Shown one piece after another: positions 63,845 through 64,000 of a stretch of 64,000 nt of DNA. The notes under the pieces were generated by a model, which saw only the letters and a list, made by a program, of their open reading frames with translations, made no database searches and was not told where the DNA came from. The DNA lies in assembly GCA_977017645.1 (NCBI GenBank), contig OZ360223.1, positions 209,436,001 through 209,500,000 on the forward strand, read 5' to 3'. Positions within the stretch are counted from its first letter, which is position 1. The number at the start of each line of letters is the position of its first letter. This DNA is from Torpedo marmorata (Eukaryota). The translations under genes and the position numbers were made by a program.

Positions 63845-64000
63845 CACCTCAACGAGTTCCGCGCACGCCGCGATGCCGAACTCTTCTTCCGTCGCCTCTG
63901 CCTCCGTGCTCACTTCCATGACCGTGACTCTCCACCCCACATCCAAGACCCTTTCTCCCGCTTCAAGCCTTCTTCCCCTTCCTGGACACATCGTCCTGGC
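63845..64000 (+). mobile_element. Penelope-like element ORF, N-terminal region (runs off the window)
   Basis: Open frame HLNEFRARRDAELFFRRLCLRAHFHDRDSPPHIQDPFSRFKPSSPSWTHRPG (FxRRLxLRxxF...SxWxP-like PLE motif); inverted pLTR-like end at ~63555-63625. Confidence 0.6.

Overview
Eukaryotic, repeat-rich genomic DNA, very probably from a cartilaginous fish: HE1-like V-SINEs, HER1-like CR1 LINEs, DeuSINE and Penelope-type repeats dominate. The only host gene I can support is a Patched receptor on the minus strand, best matching PTCH2. Coding exon 1 is at 45872-46012 and exon 2 at 43915-44107. A CpG-rich promoter carries a perfect GLI site (GACCACCCA, 46453-46461). I could not find exon 3, so everything from 43914 down to base 1 appears to be a >43.9 kb intron 2, which contains a second perfect GLI site at 3850. 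The rest is nested mobile DNA. The main highlights are: (i) an apparently intact 1943-bp pogo/Passer-type DD35D transposon with perfect 27-bp TIRs, a TA TSD, an open transposase ORF and 12 reiterated TIR-core motifs; (ii) a ~740-bp fold-back Penelope-type element with a 15-bp TSD and two opposed minimal hammerhead-ribozyme-like motifs; (iii) hAT, Harbinger and pogo MITEs with readable TSDs; (iv) a near full-length but decayed CR1 LINE; and (v) a CpG-rich non-coding element with a Rex1-like tail. Most of the short six-frame ORFs are spurious. Family names come from recalled motifs, not database searches, and repeat boundaries without TSDs are approximate.
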